64,000 bases of DNA from Chiloscyllium plagiosum (taxonomy: Eukaryota): the NCBI RefSeq assembly GCF_004010195.1, contig NC_057719.1, positions 76,133,321 through 76,197,320 on the forward strand, in the 5' to 3' direction. Of the stretch, positions 23,771 through 37,035 are shown in pieces. The notes under the pieces were generated by a model. The model was not told the origin of the DNA. It saw nothing but the letters and a program-made list of their open reading frames with translations, and ran no database searches. Position 1 is the stretch's first letter. Each line of letters opens with the position of its first letter. Position numbers and translations under genes: made by a program.

Positions 23771-25252
23771 CTTAACTAATTGTTGCGTCTTCTTTTACAT
23801 GAAAGTGCTCCTTAAGAAATTGACTGTTGTTTATCAAGGGTTAACATTTGAATGGGGTTGATTGCCAGTGTCATTTGACTGCTGGCCTACCCTATACACG
23901 TACCATATTTACTCAAATTATGAGTACTGTGTGTCCCAGGTCATCAGGACATGATGCTACCTGAAAGTCTGAGCACTCATGCAGTCAATTCATTTCAGAA
24001 TTATCACTTCTGGGTTTGGTTAGAAGATGGAGAGGAGTTAATCTCATTTCAATAAAAGAATGGATCTACCAAATTCTTTTTCCTCCTTAGATTCATAGAA
24101 TCTTACTATGTTGAAGAAAACCCATTCAGCCAATCATGCCAATGGTCAGTTATTTAAAAAATAAGTAACATCAGCTTAATTGAAATGAATCCCTTTCAGA
24201 ATCTCATCACTGGTATACTATGCAATAGCAGCGAATTCCAAATTACTTCAGCTTCCATTACTAGGAGATAGATTTTACCTTCCAGTTTGCTTTTACACTA
24301 TCAAATCTTGAGAAAATGAGATAAATTCCATGACAGCGCATTCTATTATTACCAATATTAGTGAACAAAAGTTTAACAGAGAATTAAATTTGGATGAACA
24401 TGGCATCATTATGTTTGGCTATACAAAACTATCAAAATAATTGGATTCTGTAACTCATTAAAATTCCCTTATGTGATTAGCTTTCCTTTAAACAGAATTG
24501 AACTAGTCATCTCAACCACTCTCTGTGGTGGGAAGCTCCACATTCTTGCAGTAAAGATGTTTCTCCTGAATTTTCCATGACATTGGATTCGTTGATTTAG
24601 AAAAATGGTGTAATGATGATATTCCTAGTCCCCACTTCCACCAACGTCCAGCCTTACACTTGAATGTCACACTGGACTTTGGCCTCTTAATTCTCCAGAG
24701 TGCATGCTCAGTTTGACTTATGAGGATAGCTGTAATATTTAATTTCTTCTGATGCACTGTCTTGTTCAATATGCAAATGGTCTGGAAACTATTCAGAGCA
24801 AAGCAGCAGATGTTGTATTTGCATCAAGCTTTCTACATCCAATAAAATGCCTGTCAACACATCCAGAATGAATTCAATCCGATGCATCATTACCACAATG
24901 GAACCTGACAAAATGTTTCCTCTTATTCCCTGAGTAACTTGAATTGTAAAATTTTAATTAGACTCAGAGGCTAAATCTTCTTTTTGTTAAGTTGCAAAAA
25001 TGCGTTGAGTTTTTTGCAAGGCTTTTGCTGTAAGGCCTGGCACAATTTCGCACCATATCTTACCAACTCACCTCCACTGTTTACCTACCCTGTCCCCATG
25101 ATGTTCCCCGAACAACACATCAATCAGCAGATACCCGAAGTATCCCAGCATCCCTGGTGCCTGTGCCACATTTAAAGAATTCAAAGTGCACCAGGATGGG
25201 AGCTGGAATTCTGAAGTTGTCCGCTTGGTAACGAACAGTCATTCCAAAGATA

Positions 25253-25860
25253 TTGGAGACAGGGAAAATGGCACCACAATTCACTGACAGGGAATTGGAG
25301 GTCCTGCTGGAAGAGGTGCTAAAGAGAAGAGATATCCTCTTCTCTGAGAACCAGCAGAAGAGGTCACAACACCAGACCCCAGTAGATCCTAAGAATGCCA
25401 GCCAGATCAATGTAGTCTCCATGGTGCGGAGGAATGGCCTGTAGTGCCGTGAGAAGATTAATAACCTTCTTTGCTCCACTGGGGTAAGTGACCCACTCCC
25501 TTCTCTGGGACCTCGCAATCACTCCATCTCAGGCTACTGAACACATCTCCCACCAAGGCTCTTGCTCTGCCACTCTCACTATTGGCTTCCCTCACTTCAT
25601 GTCCCCCAGCCTTCCAGACTGATGCTGCATGCCAGCTGCACTGCCCACTCACTCACACCGGACACCTCGCCACCTATAAACCAGCTGCACAAGCACCAAC
25701 AGCCATGCCATATACTCTCATTTCATTCAATCTCTCCACTTCTCTTGTTTAAGGAGAAGTGAGCCAGCAGGGGAGGGTCTGGATGGGGGGAGGGGTGTCT
25801 GACATCTGGCTTTTCACACCCTGTCAGGAGAGAATTGCACCCCTCAAGAATACTGCGACC
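25253..25860 (+). pseudogene. Decayed two-exon Myb/SANT-like gene of a PIF/Harbinger-type transposon (copy 2)
   Basis: APQFTDRELEVLLEEVLKRRDILF...INVVSMVRRNGL*CREKINNLL. Phase-0 donor GTAAGT at 25484 and acceptor ttgtttaag ending 25753. Confidence 0.75.
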
Positions 25861-26654
25861 ACTGCGATGGAGTTGGCTCCATCGAATGCCAACTCCTTGA
25901 CCTCTGAGGATGAGAGCACCGTGAGCTCAGTGAAACCATCATCAAGGCCGCACCCTGTAAACTCCACCAGTCTCGGGGCTGACACATGGGTGGGAACGTC
26001 AGGCATAGAAAGGCTGGAGCAAACCCTGATAAGCACCTCACTGTGACAGTTCTACATCTGGCCGAGGAAGAAACAGCCCTGGCTGCTGGGAGCTGCCCTG
26101 TGGTGTCAGTAATCAGAGCCTTCATGCTCAGGCACGGGGGAGAAGCAGGAGCCAGACAGCTATCTGAGAGGCAATAGCTCTCACTGCCCAGAGGATGCAG
26201 GGATGCAGCAATGCTTTCCTAAGCATGCTAATGTCTGTCCTCTATGGGCAGGTTGGTGGTTGCCATGGTGACCCAGGTCCAGCGCTCTCAGGGGTTGCTG
26301 TTGAGGCACACTCACCTGCGCTCCATCTCTCTGCCTTTGCTCCTGAGGGGCACAGGGAACCTGGTACCCCTTCTTCACAAGGAGATAGGGTAGCAACAGA
26401 AAGCACCGCTCGGGGGAAGAACACACAAGCCCCTCAGAGGTCTCCTCTCAGGACACTGTAGTGGTGGCCAAGCCTACCCACCACCCCCCGGCCTGAGCCA
26501 ACACTCTGCCCCTTGAAAATTCCACTCCCTTCTGGCAAGAATACTCTCAGCACATCGAAGCCATGGCTATATAAATACTTCAAGGATCTCCTGGGCAAAT
26601 CTGCAAGGCCAATAGACTAACTGCTCAGGAGGGTCCCTCTATGCCAGCTGCAAA

Positions 26655-27345
26655 ATAAGACTATAAGACATAGGAGCTGAAATGAGGCCATTCAGCCCAT
26701 TGAGTCTGCTCCAGCATTCAATCATGGCTGATAGGTTTCTCAACCCCATTCTCCTGCTTTCTCCCCGTAACCCATGATTTCCTTCATCCTCAAGAACCTA
26801 TCTATCTCGGTCTTAAATATATTCAATGACCTGGCCTCCTTCTGTGGCAATGAGTTCCATAGATTCACCACTCTCTGGCTGAAGAAATGTCTCCCTATCT
26901 CTGTTCACAAAGGTCTTCCCTTTACTATAAGGCAATGCCCTTGGGTCCTACTCTCCCCTACCAATGGAAACATCTTCCCAACATCTACTCTGTCCAGGCC
27001 ATTCAGTATTCTGCATGTTTCAATTAGATTTCCCCCTCATTCTTCTGAACTCAATTGTGTATAGACCCAGAGTCCTCAAATGTTCCTCATACATTAAGCT
27101 TTTCATTCCTGGGACCATTCTTGTGAACCTCCTGTGAGCACGCTTCAGGGCCAGTAAATCCTTCCTGAGATATGGGGCTCAAAATTGCGCACAATACTCC
27201 AAATGTGGTCTGACCAGTGCCTTTTGAATATCAGAAGTGCATCCCTGCTTTTAAATTCAAGTCCTTTCAAAATAAATGCTATCATTGCATGTGGCTTCCT
27301 AACTTCTGACTCAACCTGCAAGCTTACCTTGAGAGAATCCTGGAC
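26655..27345 (-). mobile_element. CR1-type LINE 3' fragment
   Basis: Reverse complement closely follows 61290-62295 (KVSLQVESEVRK...AMIAFILKGLEFKSRD). Confidence 0.9.
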
Positions 27346-27479
27346 AGCATTCGGATTTAGTGGGAGGAAAAGAAAGAGAACAACTTTTGAGGACAACTAG
27401 GAGGAACGGGTGACAGCACACTGCACATAGAGCATCATATTTGTATTAATTTGCTTGTTTTTTGTACTGTGTGTGTGTC

Positions 27480-28700
27480 TGTTTATTTGAATCTCTGTGT
27501 AGCCCCTAAAATAATTGTGCCAGCATGATGCCTAACTCCATGTCCACACGGGATGTCCCATGGGTTGCATGTTAAGAGCCTGTTGCAGAATGTATAAGCA
27601 AGAGGAACAGGATGGACACCGGGCACTGAGATCTGCTGGTAGCCTGAACAGTCAGACATCCCTCTTTCCCTGGCCTGTGTGCAGAAGTGTTGGTCTTGAA
27701 TGAAGTGATCAGCATTGACTGGAGCAGAGAGGAATGCGGGATCACCAGGGATTATGGAGCCTGCAGGTCTGTATCCTATACAGTGCTTGGATCTGTGTCT
27801 GATGTTATTGACACTCTTAAGGGCCTTATTGGTGTGTTTAATAGCACCCTCCCCCCCCCCACCCCCCCCCCCCCCCACCCCACCTCACTAACTGAGATAC
27901 TTAGCCCCCATTCTGTGATGGAAGGTGACAGTGAACACGTTTAAGCCAGTGGCTTCCAACATCAACCTCTACATGTTGGTCCCAAACACCCTTGCCATCT
28001 TGGTGGTAGCCCTTCCTGGGACCCTTGTAGTGTTCATATCTTCCCAGGTCACTACCCAGTCCATCTACATGAGCTTGCACCAGCCCACCTTTCTGCCCTC
28101 CCCAGCCCCTTGAATGTTTGGAGACCATGATCACATTCTCTCCCCCCATCCCTTCTGACCATGGACAAATCCCCTTCCCACACTCGTTCCCATTCTCATT
28201 CACGTTTTACTAAAGCCCCCTTTTCTAGTAAGGTTAACCCTCTTCATCATTTTCATCAAACCCTCCCCCTCCCCAGCCTGCAGCCCCCAATCCCCATGAA
28301 TAGGTTGCTGAGTCTCCTTCCCAGGCAGTGCCCCCTTGTCCTCCCGCATTCCTCACTTTCCCTTTGGTTTTCCAAGATGGACTGACTGTGGCCTACTTCT
28401 TGAGTGGCCTGATGTGCAGCCTCAGACAAGAAATGTCCACTAAGGGCTGTACATCTCCTTGACCACGTTAGCCCTAACATCTCCGCCATGCCAGACCAGT
28501 CACTATGGAGCCACAGGAGGCACTGAAGAGGAATGGGCCTCTGATTGAGAGCACCCCAATCACATATCGGACCATAGCCAATCCCCTAGACTAGTAACAG
28601 AGGCTCTCTTGACTTACTGCAGCAAGGTACCCTGACTCACGGGGACCTTCATGAACATCAGTGTGTACTACTCCACTAAGACTTAGAGAGATAGCTGCCA
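27480..28700 (-). mobile_element. Possible highly decayed Harbinger transposase region convergent with the Myb copy at 25253
   Basis: Only weak echoes (EGAIKHT versus GAIDCTH; SGHFLSEAA versus GGHALPVA). The position fits the convergent two-gene layout. Confidence 0.25.
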
Positions 28701-29129
28701 GCCTGCTGCACATGCAGTGTGTTTGCCATGTTAGTTGCTGGTGCAATCTGCAGGCCTGAGATTGATGTAGTGTACTGCTGCACAGTTAGATCTCTGCTCT
28801 CACTGCCTGCCATGGACACAATGAATTTATGCGTTATTAATAAGCTGCTTAGCCACCTGACAAAGATACCTTCAATTTCTGAGCTTCTGACTCAGAGGTA
28901 AGGACCTGAGCACTGTGCTATAAGATGCTCCATTGTACAATACCACACTTTTTACAGTAGGAATCAGTGACAGGGAAAGACCCCAAAGAAAGTATATAAT
29001 TTATAGTTTTCAACACAATTCTCTTTTATTTCTCTCATAACTGTTTGGACAAAGACAAGACCAGTGAAAAGCCAAAACAATTGGGACTTAGATATTTGTC
29101 CTCAATTTCAAAGTGGATAATTGTGGGAA

Positions 29130-29595
29130 TAGTCATAGATATAGTCATAGAGTAAAGCAGCACAAAACAGACCCTTTGGTCCAACTCGTCCACGCCGATC
29201 AAGTTTCCCAAACTAAACTAGTCTCACTTGCCTGAGTTTGACCCATATCCCTTTAAATCTTTCCTATTCATGTACCTGTCCATATGTTTTTTCAATGGTC
29301 CTCTGGCATTTATTTCCACACAGGAACCACCCTCTGTGTGAAAAAGCTGCCCCTCAGGACCTTTTTAAACCTTTCTCCTCTTACCTTAGAACTATGCCTC
29401 TAGTTTTGAACTTCCCCACACTAGACAAAAGACCTTAGCTATTCATCTCTGCACCTCAAGATTTTATAAACCTTTATAAGGTCACCCCTCAACCTTCTAT
29501 GCTATTCAGCCTCTGCTTATAACTCAAACCCTCCATTCCCGGCTATATCCCAGTAAACATTTTCTGAACCCTCTCCAATTTAATAGTGTCCTTTC
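29130..29595 (-). mobile_element. CR1 (HER1-like) LINE 3' fragment
   Basis: Colinear with 23045-23560 (AAACTAAACTAGTC, TATAACTCAAACCCTCCATTC). Confidence 0.85.
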
Positions 29596-30729
29596 CGGGT
29601 AAAGAATTAATTTTTCAGGACTATCCTCTGCACCCCAAAGATTTCTGGTTGCCATTTGAAAGAGGAGCCTTGGTTCCTTCTATATGTCAGTAAGGATCCT
29701 AACTCCTGTTGTCGGATCCATCTTGAAACTCTTATCTTTCTGAGATCAATCTAACCCGTGATCTCAGAATACATCATCAGAAGCTGCAAGGCAAAATCTT
29801 CCATCAATGTGATGCACGGACTTTGGAAAGATTGATTTCAGGAGGTTATAGACTACCCAAGAGTCAAAGAATTGCAAGCAGTTTATTGAGAAATGTCACA
29901 GCAATAATTGACATACAACATATAATCTGATTAAATAGATATGTAATCTGTAACTGGAGAGGATGTCCTTGGGACCATGAACAGACAGAAAGACAGGACA
30001 GAAGGTCTCTGTAGTTCACAGTAATGAGCTTTTCTCCCTGTTTTCATTCAGGTTGGCAGGAGGTATTACCTTGGAAAGCAATATTCCTCCTGGGCAACAT
30101 TTTCCATCCTGAGGTAGCTGTTTATATTAGGGGTGACTTGTTATCTCATGCGAATCACTCATTCGGTAATGTGTTCTCACAAGTTGTTCAGTAAACCCTC
30201 ACATTGTGAACCCTTTGGATCACAAGATCACTCCTCTGATTATTTGGAGAGCTATCTTGTTCATTTCACATAGACAGTTGTTTAGACAAATCAACATGAG
30301 ATTCCATCTTATCAAACATAGGAATACCTTCCACCAAGTCTCAGCTGGACAACAGCATTTATAAAGCCGAATTTATCTCAGCTATCATGACGATGATGAA
30401 TTCTCTGTTTCGGTTAGACCTGACTGCTATAGAAGCTCCCTTCAAATAGCAGTGCAAGAGAGAGAGAGAGAGAGTTACTGTCACAGGATTTAATTAATTT
30501 ATTAAGATTTTGTAACATTATTAAGCAACTATTTCTTACAACCAAAAAGGAAAAGCAAGAAAAAGGGTTTAACAGTCTATTACCCCTCATGGACTCTAAA
30601 TGTATTTTATTACGAACTAACAAGCTTTAGAGTTATCAAGGGAACTGGGTCATAAAATATAACCTTAGCAGTATTAGCTAAATCCTGAGGGCAAATATAA
30701 AATGCGAATCAGTGAAGCCAAAGTAAGTA

Positions 30730-30772
30730 AAGTCACCATAATCCCAGAAAACTATAGGGCTGCTTTCTCATA

Positions 30773-30812
<40 letters not shown>

Positions 30813-30958
30813 GGTGGTGGTTTAACCTAAGGCTGACAATGGGGAGAGGTTGAGAATGAAAGTTTTTCATTGTAACCTCAGTCGATGTGGGAATTGAGCT
30901 ACACTGTTTGGCATCACTCTGCATCGCAAGCCAGCTGCCCAGCCAACTCATCTAACAA
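30730..30958 (-). mobile_element. Second tRNA-derived SINE family with internal (GA)n microsatellite at 30776-30807
   Basis: Reverse complement matches 46582-46885 (TGATGCCAA, AGGTTAA-CCACCACCAGT, AGCAGCCCTAT). Confidence 0.75.
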
Positions 30959-32069
30959 CACTGAGAAAGAAAAACACCAGTAGAAAAAAGCAAATTCTAT
31001 GCAATATGGATTGGCTTTGGCATAGTCAACAACAGTGCCAGATTATGTTACATACTCGCAATCCTTAAAATGCAAGAAGCTGTATGGGCTCCAATTGGGG
31101 GAGCGTAGCACTTCAGTTCCATCAGTCCCTTCCACCCAAAATCAAATAACTTGGCGAGCTTACTATTAGATAAAGACAAGACTGGCTGGTTGTACAATAA
31201 GAGTAAACTGACTACATGGTAACTTCTCACATTCAAACCTCTCAGATCAAGAGTGTCTCCATATTTGGTTGCCTCCACCAAGCCTGAGTCTGGTTATTCG
31301 CTCTTGAACCTTGCAGTGGATAAGTTGCTTCCACTTTTGCCCTTGATCTGCATTTGTCAGAGATGGTCTGGCAGCGGCTATTCCCCACCTCTACCCCAAG
31401 CCCACATTACTTCCCCTCCCTCCCAGCTGTCCTCTTCGCCACATCAGTGCTTGCTATTCCTGCAGTCTTGACTCTTGGAGGTCTTCAGACTTAGCACATC
31501 TTCCACTGGTACTTTCCAGTGATGTCAAATAACCTGGGAAGACACAAGTATTGAAATAATGAACTTATGGCTCAGGAATATTGCGACATAGTGAATTCAA
31601 ATGAATATCCACATCTACAAAAGCATATGAATTAATTTAACAAATTTAATACTAAAGTGATATTGTAATTCATATGTAGCTAACTTAAACAAAATGATCT
31701 CTGCATAAGAGGAGATGAAATGATAACCAAGATTTTGAATCAATTTACCTGAAACAGAGGAGTCCCCTGTTCAGCTCTCCTCCCCTAATGTAAAGGGCAG
31801 TTCATGTCCACTCTTCTCAGTTGCTTTAAAAGAGGGCATTTTGAAGATCACCAAGTTTACCTTTGATTCTTATTTTCCTGCCGATTGAATTTCTGTCCAA
31901 CATCCTTTATATTCGTGGCATGTATGACCTTTTCTCGTTGTCTTTTGAAGAATCAGCTAAGTCCACCATAAAGACAGCATAGCTTCGGGAAGGGGCGAAT
32001 GGTTGCAGCATGGGGGTGGTCTAAAGAGGCGGCAGGCTTACATCAAGGCAGCTTTTTCAAAAGTACAAG

Positions 32070-32720
32070 TTTTCTTTAAAAAGTTCATGGCATGAGGGAT
32101 TCGCTGGATAAGCCGGCAATATATTGCCCTCCCATTCCTAACTGTCATTGAAAAGGTGGTGATGAGTTGCCATCTTGAACCATTGCGCTGCAGCGTGGGG
32201 ATTAGGTACACCCACTGTGCTGGTTACAGGGGGTTCACACATTTTCCCCAGCAACAGAGAAGGAACATTGATATAGTCCCAAGTGAGGATGGTGTGTGAG
32301 TTGGCAGAGAATATACAACTGGTGGTGCTGGATGTATCAGCTGACTTTGTCCTTCCAGGAGGTAGAAGTCACGGGCTTGGTATTGTAGAGGCAGCCTTGG
32401 TGAGCTGTGGCCAAGTAACTTGTAAGTGGCACACACTGATGCCAATGTTCATTGGCTGTGGGGAGAGAGAGAGAGAGAGAGCGCTGACAGTGGTATATGG
32501 TATGTAAATCACCACCGGCTGGTCTGTGCAGGGTGGTGTCAACCTTTCTGACTGGTGCTGACTCATCCAGGCTAGTGGGGAGTATTCCATCGCACTTCTG
32601 ACTTGTAGATATTGGATAGGCTTTGGATCGATAGAAGATGAATTCTTTACTACAGGATTCCTAGCCTCTGGCCTATTGTTTAGCATTCACATGGTGAGTC
32701 CGTTTAGTGGTTTAGTGGTG
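32070..32720 (-). mobile_element. 3' portion of the 11280-14229 LINE family
   Basis: QVRSAMEYSPLAWM matches 13878-13925. Confidence 0.75.
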
Positions 32721-32766
32721 AAGAATGCATTCCTTTAAAGGATTTTTAAGGATAGTTAAAACATTG

Positions 32767-32974
32767 ATGGTGGCTGTAGTTGGACGTAACCACCCCTCCC
32801 CCTCCTATTTATCTCTCAGCACCCATCTCCCCCGCCCTTCCCACATTCCTGATGAAGGGCTTATGCCCAAAACGTCGATTCTCATGATCCTCGGATGCTG
32901 CCTGACCTGATGTGCTTTTCCAACGCCACACTTTTCAACTCTGATCTCCAGCATCTGCAGTCCTCACTTTCTCC
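32767..32974 (+). mobile_element. Penelope-like terminal insertion with a hammerhead core carrying one substitution and a 14-bp near-perfect TSD
   Basis: CTGATGA-A-GGGC-TTAT-GCCC-AAAA-CGTC at 32849-32876. TAGTTAAAACATTG (32753-32766) versus TAGTAAAAACATTG (32975-32988). Confidence 0.8.
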
Positions 32975-33239
32975 TAGTAAAAACATTGGTTCTGTCTGCA
33001 GGCTCCTGTGGAGTTCTCTAGCTATATTGCAGTCAAACTTAATAATGTTCTTATTTTGAAATAGAGAGTGTTCCTGACTTGGCCAATGTTAAATTGATCT
33101 TTAATTGTAGCCTAGAAGAAAACAATGGCATAATAAAAAAAAATCTGACAATCCTTTCAACCACAACTGGTGAGATTTTTCGACCCTTAAGTACTTTGTT
33201 GAGTACTCGGCACTGTGTCTCTGGAATTACATAATTTAA

Positions 33240-33450
33240 AAAACTTCACTCATATCATGTGGGCATCGCTGGCTGAGCCAGGATTTATTGCCACCCCTAG
33301 TTGCCCCCTTGAGAAGGTGGTGGTGAACTGCCTTCTTGAACCGCTGCAGTCCCTGTGCTCTCAGAGAGGAAATTGTAGTATTTTGACCCAGCGACAATGA
33401 AGAAACAGCAACATTTTTACAAGCCAGGATGGAGGGAACTTGCAATGACA
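33240..33450 (-). mobile_element. 3' tail of the 11280-14229 LINE family
   Basis: GLQRFKKAVHHHLLKG on the minus strand. Confidence 0.75.
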
Positions 33451-34034
33451 CAGCACAGATTCCCAGAGTGATATCAGATTCTAAACAGGTTAAATTGATG
33501 AAGAATTGTTGCATATACGAGGCCAGCAAGCACTTGAGGATAGAAAAAGAAGGGCTGACCTAATTAGGAAGTGAAAGATATTGAAGTGGTGGGAAGAGGG
33601 AGACAAATTCTCCTTCTGGGGAAGCCCAGAACAAGAGGGTTGCCTTTAAAATTACTGCTCGTGCTGTTCAGGGACAGCTGCTGCATTAATTTTAAAGTTG
33701 ATGAATGTGAAGGAAGATGAGGTTGGTGTATAGAGACTTAGTCCACTTTTCAAGCAATGACAGGAATCTTCCAGTGAAACAGATGTTGAAGAGGTTTCCC
33801 TGAGACAACTTGTTGTTAGACTGCTGTCTGGCTATGATTTTATCAGCAGCTTAGATTTTTATTAGACTTGGACATGAGGCAGACTTAGCTATCAATCTGG
33901 AGTCCTGCTTTCTGTTGATAGTATTGTAGAGAGGCTGGGTATTGATTGGCTCAGGTCCACAAGGAAGAAATATTAAAATTTCTCAAAGGTCATGGCATCA
34001 GCTGATGAGCCCATTTCTGTGTCAGTTTCAACTT

Positions 34035-34640
34035 AACAATGCTGCTCACAATGTGGTCTCCTCTACATTGCGAAGATGAAATGTAGACTGAAATCAGAAC
34101 AGCTCTGCAAAAATGACCCCGAGCTTCCAAGTTCCCTGGCTAATATCCCTGTCTCCAGCCTGCTGCAGAGCTCCAGCGAAGTTCAGTGCAAGCTGGAAGA
34201 ACAACACCTCATTTCCCCTTTGGGCACCATCCAGCCTTCAGGATGCAATATCGAATTCAATAGTTTTAGGGACTGAGCTATTTTTCTCATGTCCATATTT
34301 TAACTCCCACACACCAGACCTTGTCATCACATGGAGCTGCTACCACAACCGACCCATTGTCAGCCACTAATGATCCCCAATAATAGCTATTGATTCTCCC
34401 AGGCTGACCATTACTGACTCCTTTGTCTGCCCAACTGCTGTTCTTTCTCTCGGGGCTTCATCTCCACCTATCATTTCCTCCTCCACCCTCTCCCAGCCCA
34501 CATTTAGCATATAGACCAACCTTCTCTCAGCTACAATCAGTTCTGAAGAAAACTCACTGGACCCAAATGTTAACACTGTATTCTTTCCAAAGATGCTGTC
34601 AGACCTGATGAGTTTCTCCAGCAATTTCTGTCTTTTGTCT
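34035..34640 (+). mobile_element. Penelope-like element 3' part: GIY-YIG endonuclease C-terminus, 3' UTR and decayed hammerhead
   Basis: CSQCGLLYI...KNDPELP...KLEEQHLISPLGTIQPSGCNIEFNSFR. Decayed core CTGAAGA...GGACCC-AAATGTT at 34543-34571. Confidence 0.82.
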
Positions 34641-35049
34641 CCCTTTGCTGTTATTCTTTGGCTGGTCAGACATGCCTTCCACTGTTTTTTTGTCTTTGTT
34701 GACTACAATCTTCATACAATGAAAAGTGTAAGATTTCAGAGAAACGGTATCTAACCTCTGTCCTAACAATTTGCATTGGAATTTTCCAGAACTGTAGTCA
34801 ATTAACATCATGTGACCAACAGGGGCCACGTCTTGTGGCAACCAGTATTCATTTTTAAATAGACGAAACAACAAAGTTTAATTTAAACAGTTCTTTTCAT
34901 CTCTTTCATGCAATTAGCACTCTAAGTTCTCTGGCCTGAGGACCGTCATCTATACACACAACTATGTCTGCACCAATAGCTGGGCTCCTCCACGGCATAC
35001 ATGTCTTGGTGCAGAGCCTGAACCCAGAGCATTCAAGAACCAAAGCAGA

Positions 35050-35194
35050 ATCCACAAATCTTTGGACTGTGGAAGGAAATCCACACAGACACAGGGAGAA
35101 TGTGCAAACTCCACGCAGACAGGTGCCCAAGGGGTGGAATCAAACCAGGTCCATGGTGCAGTGAGGCAGCAGTACTAGCCATTAAAACCACCAT
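35050..35194 (-). mobile_element. HE1-like SINE 5' fragment
   Basis: GGGAGAATGTGCAAACTCCAC core. Confidence 0.8.
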
Positions 35195-37035
35195 GGAACC
35201 ATTATCCTACCTTGTTCCCACACCATTGCACATGTTTTCTATTCAACTAAACATCCAATGCTTTCTTGAACATCTCAATTGAACATGTCTGCGCCACACT
35301 TTCAGGCAATCCATTTCAGACTGTAACTACACGCTGTGAGAAAGGTTTTTCTCTCACATCGTTTTTGCAAATGACTTTAAATGCATGCCGTCTTGTTCTT
35401 GATTCTTTACAAGTGAGAATAGTTTCTTCATATCTTCTTTACCCAGACCTCTCATGACTTTGAAAACTTCATCAGCGTAACCTTCATGCTCTTGTATTCT
35501 ATGTCCCTGTCAATAAAGCCCAGGATATTTTTAACAGCTCTCAATACCTGTCCTTCCACCTTCAATTATTTAAATGAACATCCAACTCCCTCTGCCCCTG
35601 CACCCTCTGTACTCCTGGTCTTATGGTCTCTGCCTAAATCCTTCCTGCCTAAATGCATCATCTTAGACTTGTCTGGGTTGAACTCCTGTGCGGATGGCAT
35701 AAAAATAGGTGGGAAAGCAAGCGATGAGATGCAGCAGAGGGATATAGATGTTTAAGAAAAGTGGGCTAAAATCTAGAAGATTGAATATGCGAAAATGTGA
35801 AATTCTAACACTTTGGCAGGAAGAATAGAAGAGAATATTATTATTTAATCCCTTGCCAACTATCTGCCCACTTACTTACTTGTCTATGTTTTTTCAATGC
35901 TGTCAGCTGTCTTCCTCAGAGTTTACAATGCTTCTAAGTTTTGCACTATGTGCAACACTTGAAATCATATTCTGCATGCCTAGATCCAGATCATAAACAT
36001 AGATCAGGAAAAGAAAGGGTCCCAACACCATCCCGTGGGGAATTAATCATACTCTAGCTTGTCTGTTGCCTTTTTCAGTCATTATCTTAAAATTTATGAT
36101 CACTGGCTTCTAACTGTGTCCCCATTGACACTTGACCATGAAGAATTTCACAGAGTCATTACCCGCTGAGAGAGAAAAAGAATTCCCTTAATCTCTGCTT
36201 TAAATAGATGACCCATTATGCTGACAGTAAGCCCTCTGGTGCTAAGTTGTCCCATAAGGGAAAACAACATTTCTGCATCTACCTTATCAAATCCCCTAAG
36301 AATTTTACTAATTTTAAAAATATAGCCTTTATTTTTTTCTAAACTCCAATGAGTACAAGCCCAACTTATTCAACCTCTACTCGTAAGAAGATCCCTGCAT
36401 ACCCAGATTCAGCCTGGTGAGTCTTCTCTGCAATGGCTGTATGTATGTTTATCCTTAAATAATGGGTCCAAAACAGTTCACAATATGCCAGCTCTGGTCT
36501 GATGTATAATTTTAGGCAAACATCTCTACTGCTTTACTGCATTCCCTTTGAAATAAAGGCCATCAGTACATTTGCCTTCCTTATAGATTTCTGCAGTTGT
36601 TTTCCATTTAATTAATAGTCTTCTCTTCTATTCTTCCTGCCAAAGTATAATAGCCTCATATTTTCACATACTATATTCCATCTGCCAAGTTTTTCCCACT
36701 TTGCTTAAACATCTATATCCCTCTGCAGACTCTCACCAGTCATCTTCCCACCTATTTTTGTCTCATATGCAAACCTGACCATAGAATATTCACTTTGGTA
36801 ATGCAAGTCATTAATATGTATTGTAAATAACTGTGACCCCAATACTGATCCCAGTGGCATTCTAGCAGTTATTGGTTGCCATCCTTAAAACTCCCCTTTA
36901 TCCTAGCTCTCTGTCTTCTATTGGTTTGTCAATCCTCTCTGCAAGCTGATATACTAACCCTATCACCATTGTCTCTTATATTATTAAGTAGCCTTATGTG
37001 CATTTCCTTATCAAATGTCTTTTGAAAATCTACCA
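35195..37035 (-). mobile_element. Cluster of old CR1-type LINE fragments, mostly minus strand with a plus-strand piece near 35690-35850
   Basis: DFQKTFDK, ADGIKIGG and other RT-like remnants. Confidence 0.7.

Noticed and set aside
24968..28931. Terminal inverted repeats for the Harbinger-like copy 2
   Set aside because: The candidate ends (GGCTAAATCTT and AAGATGCTCC) do not match well enough to call.
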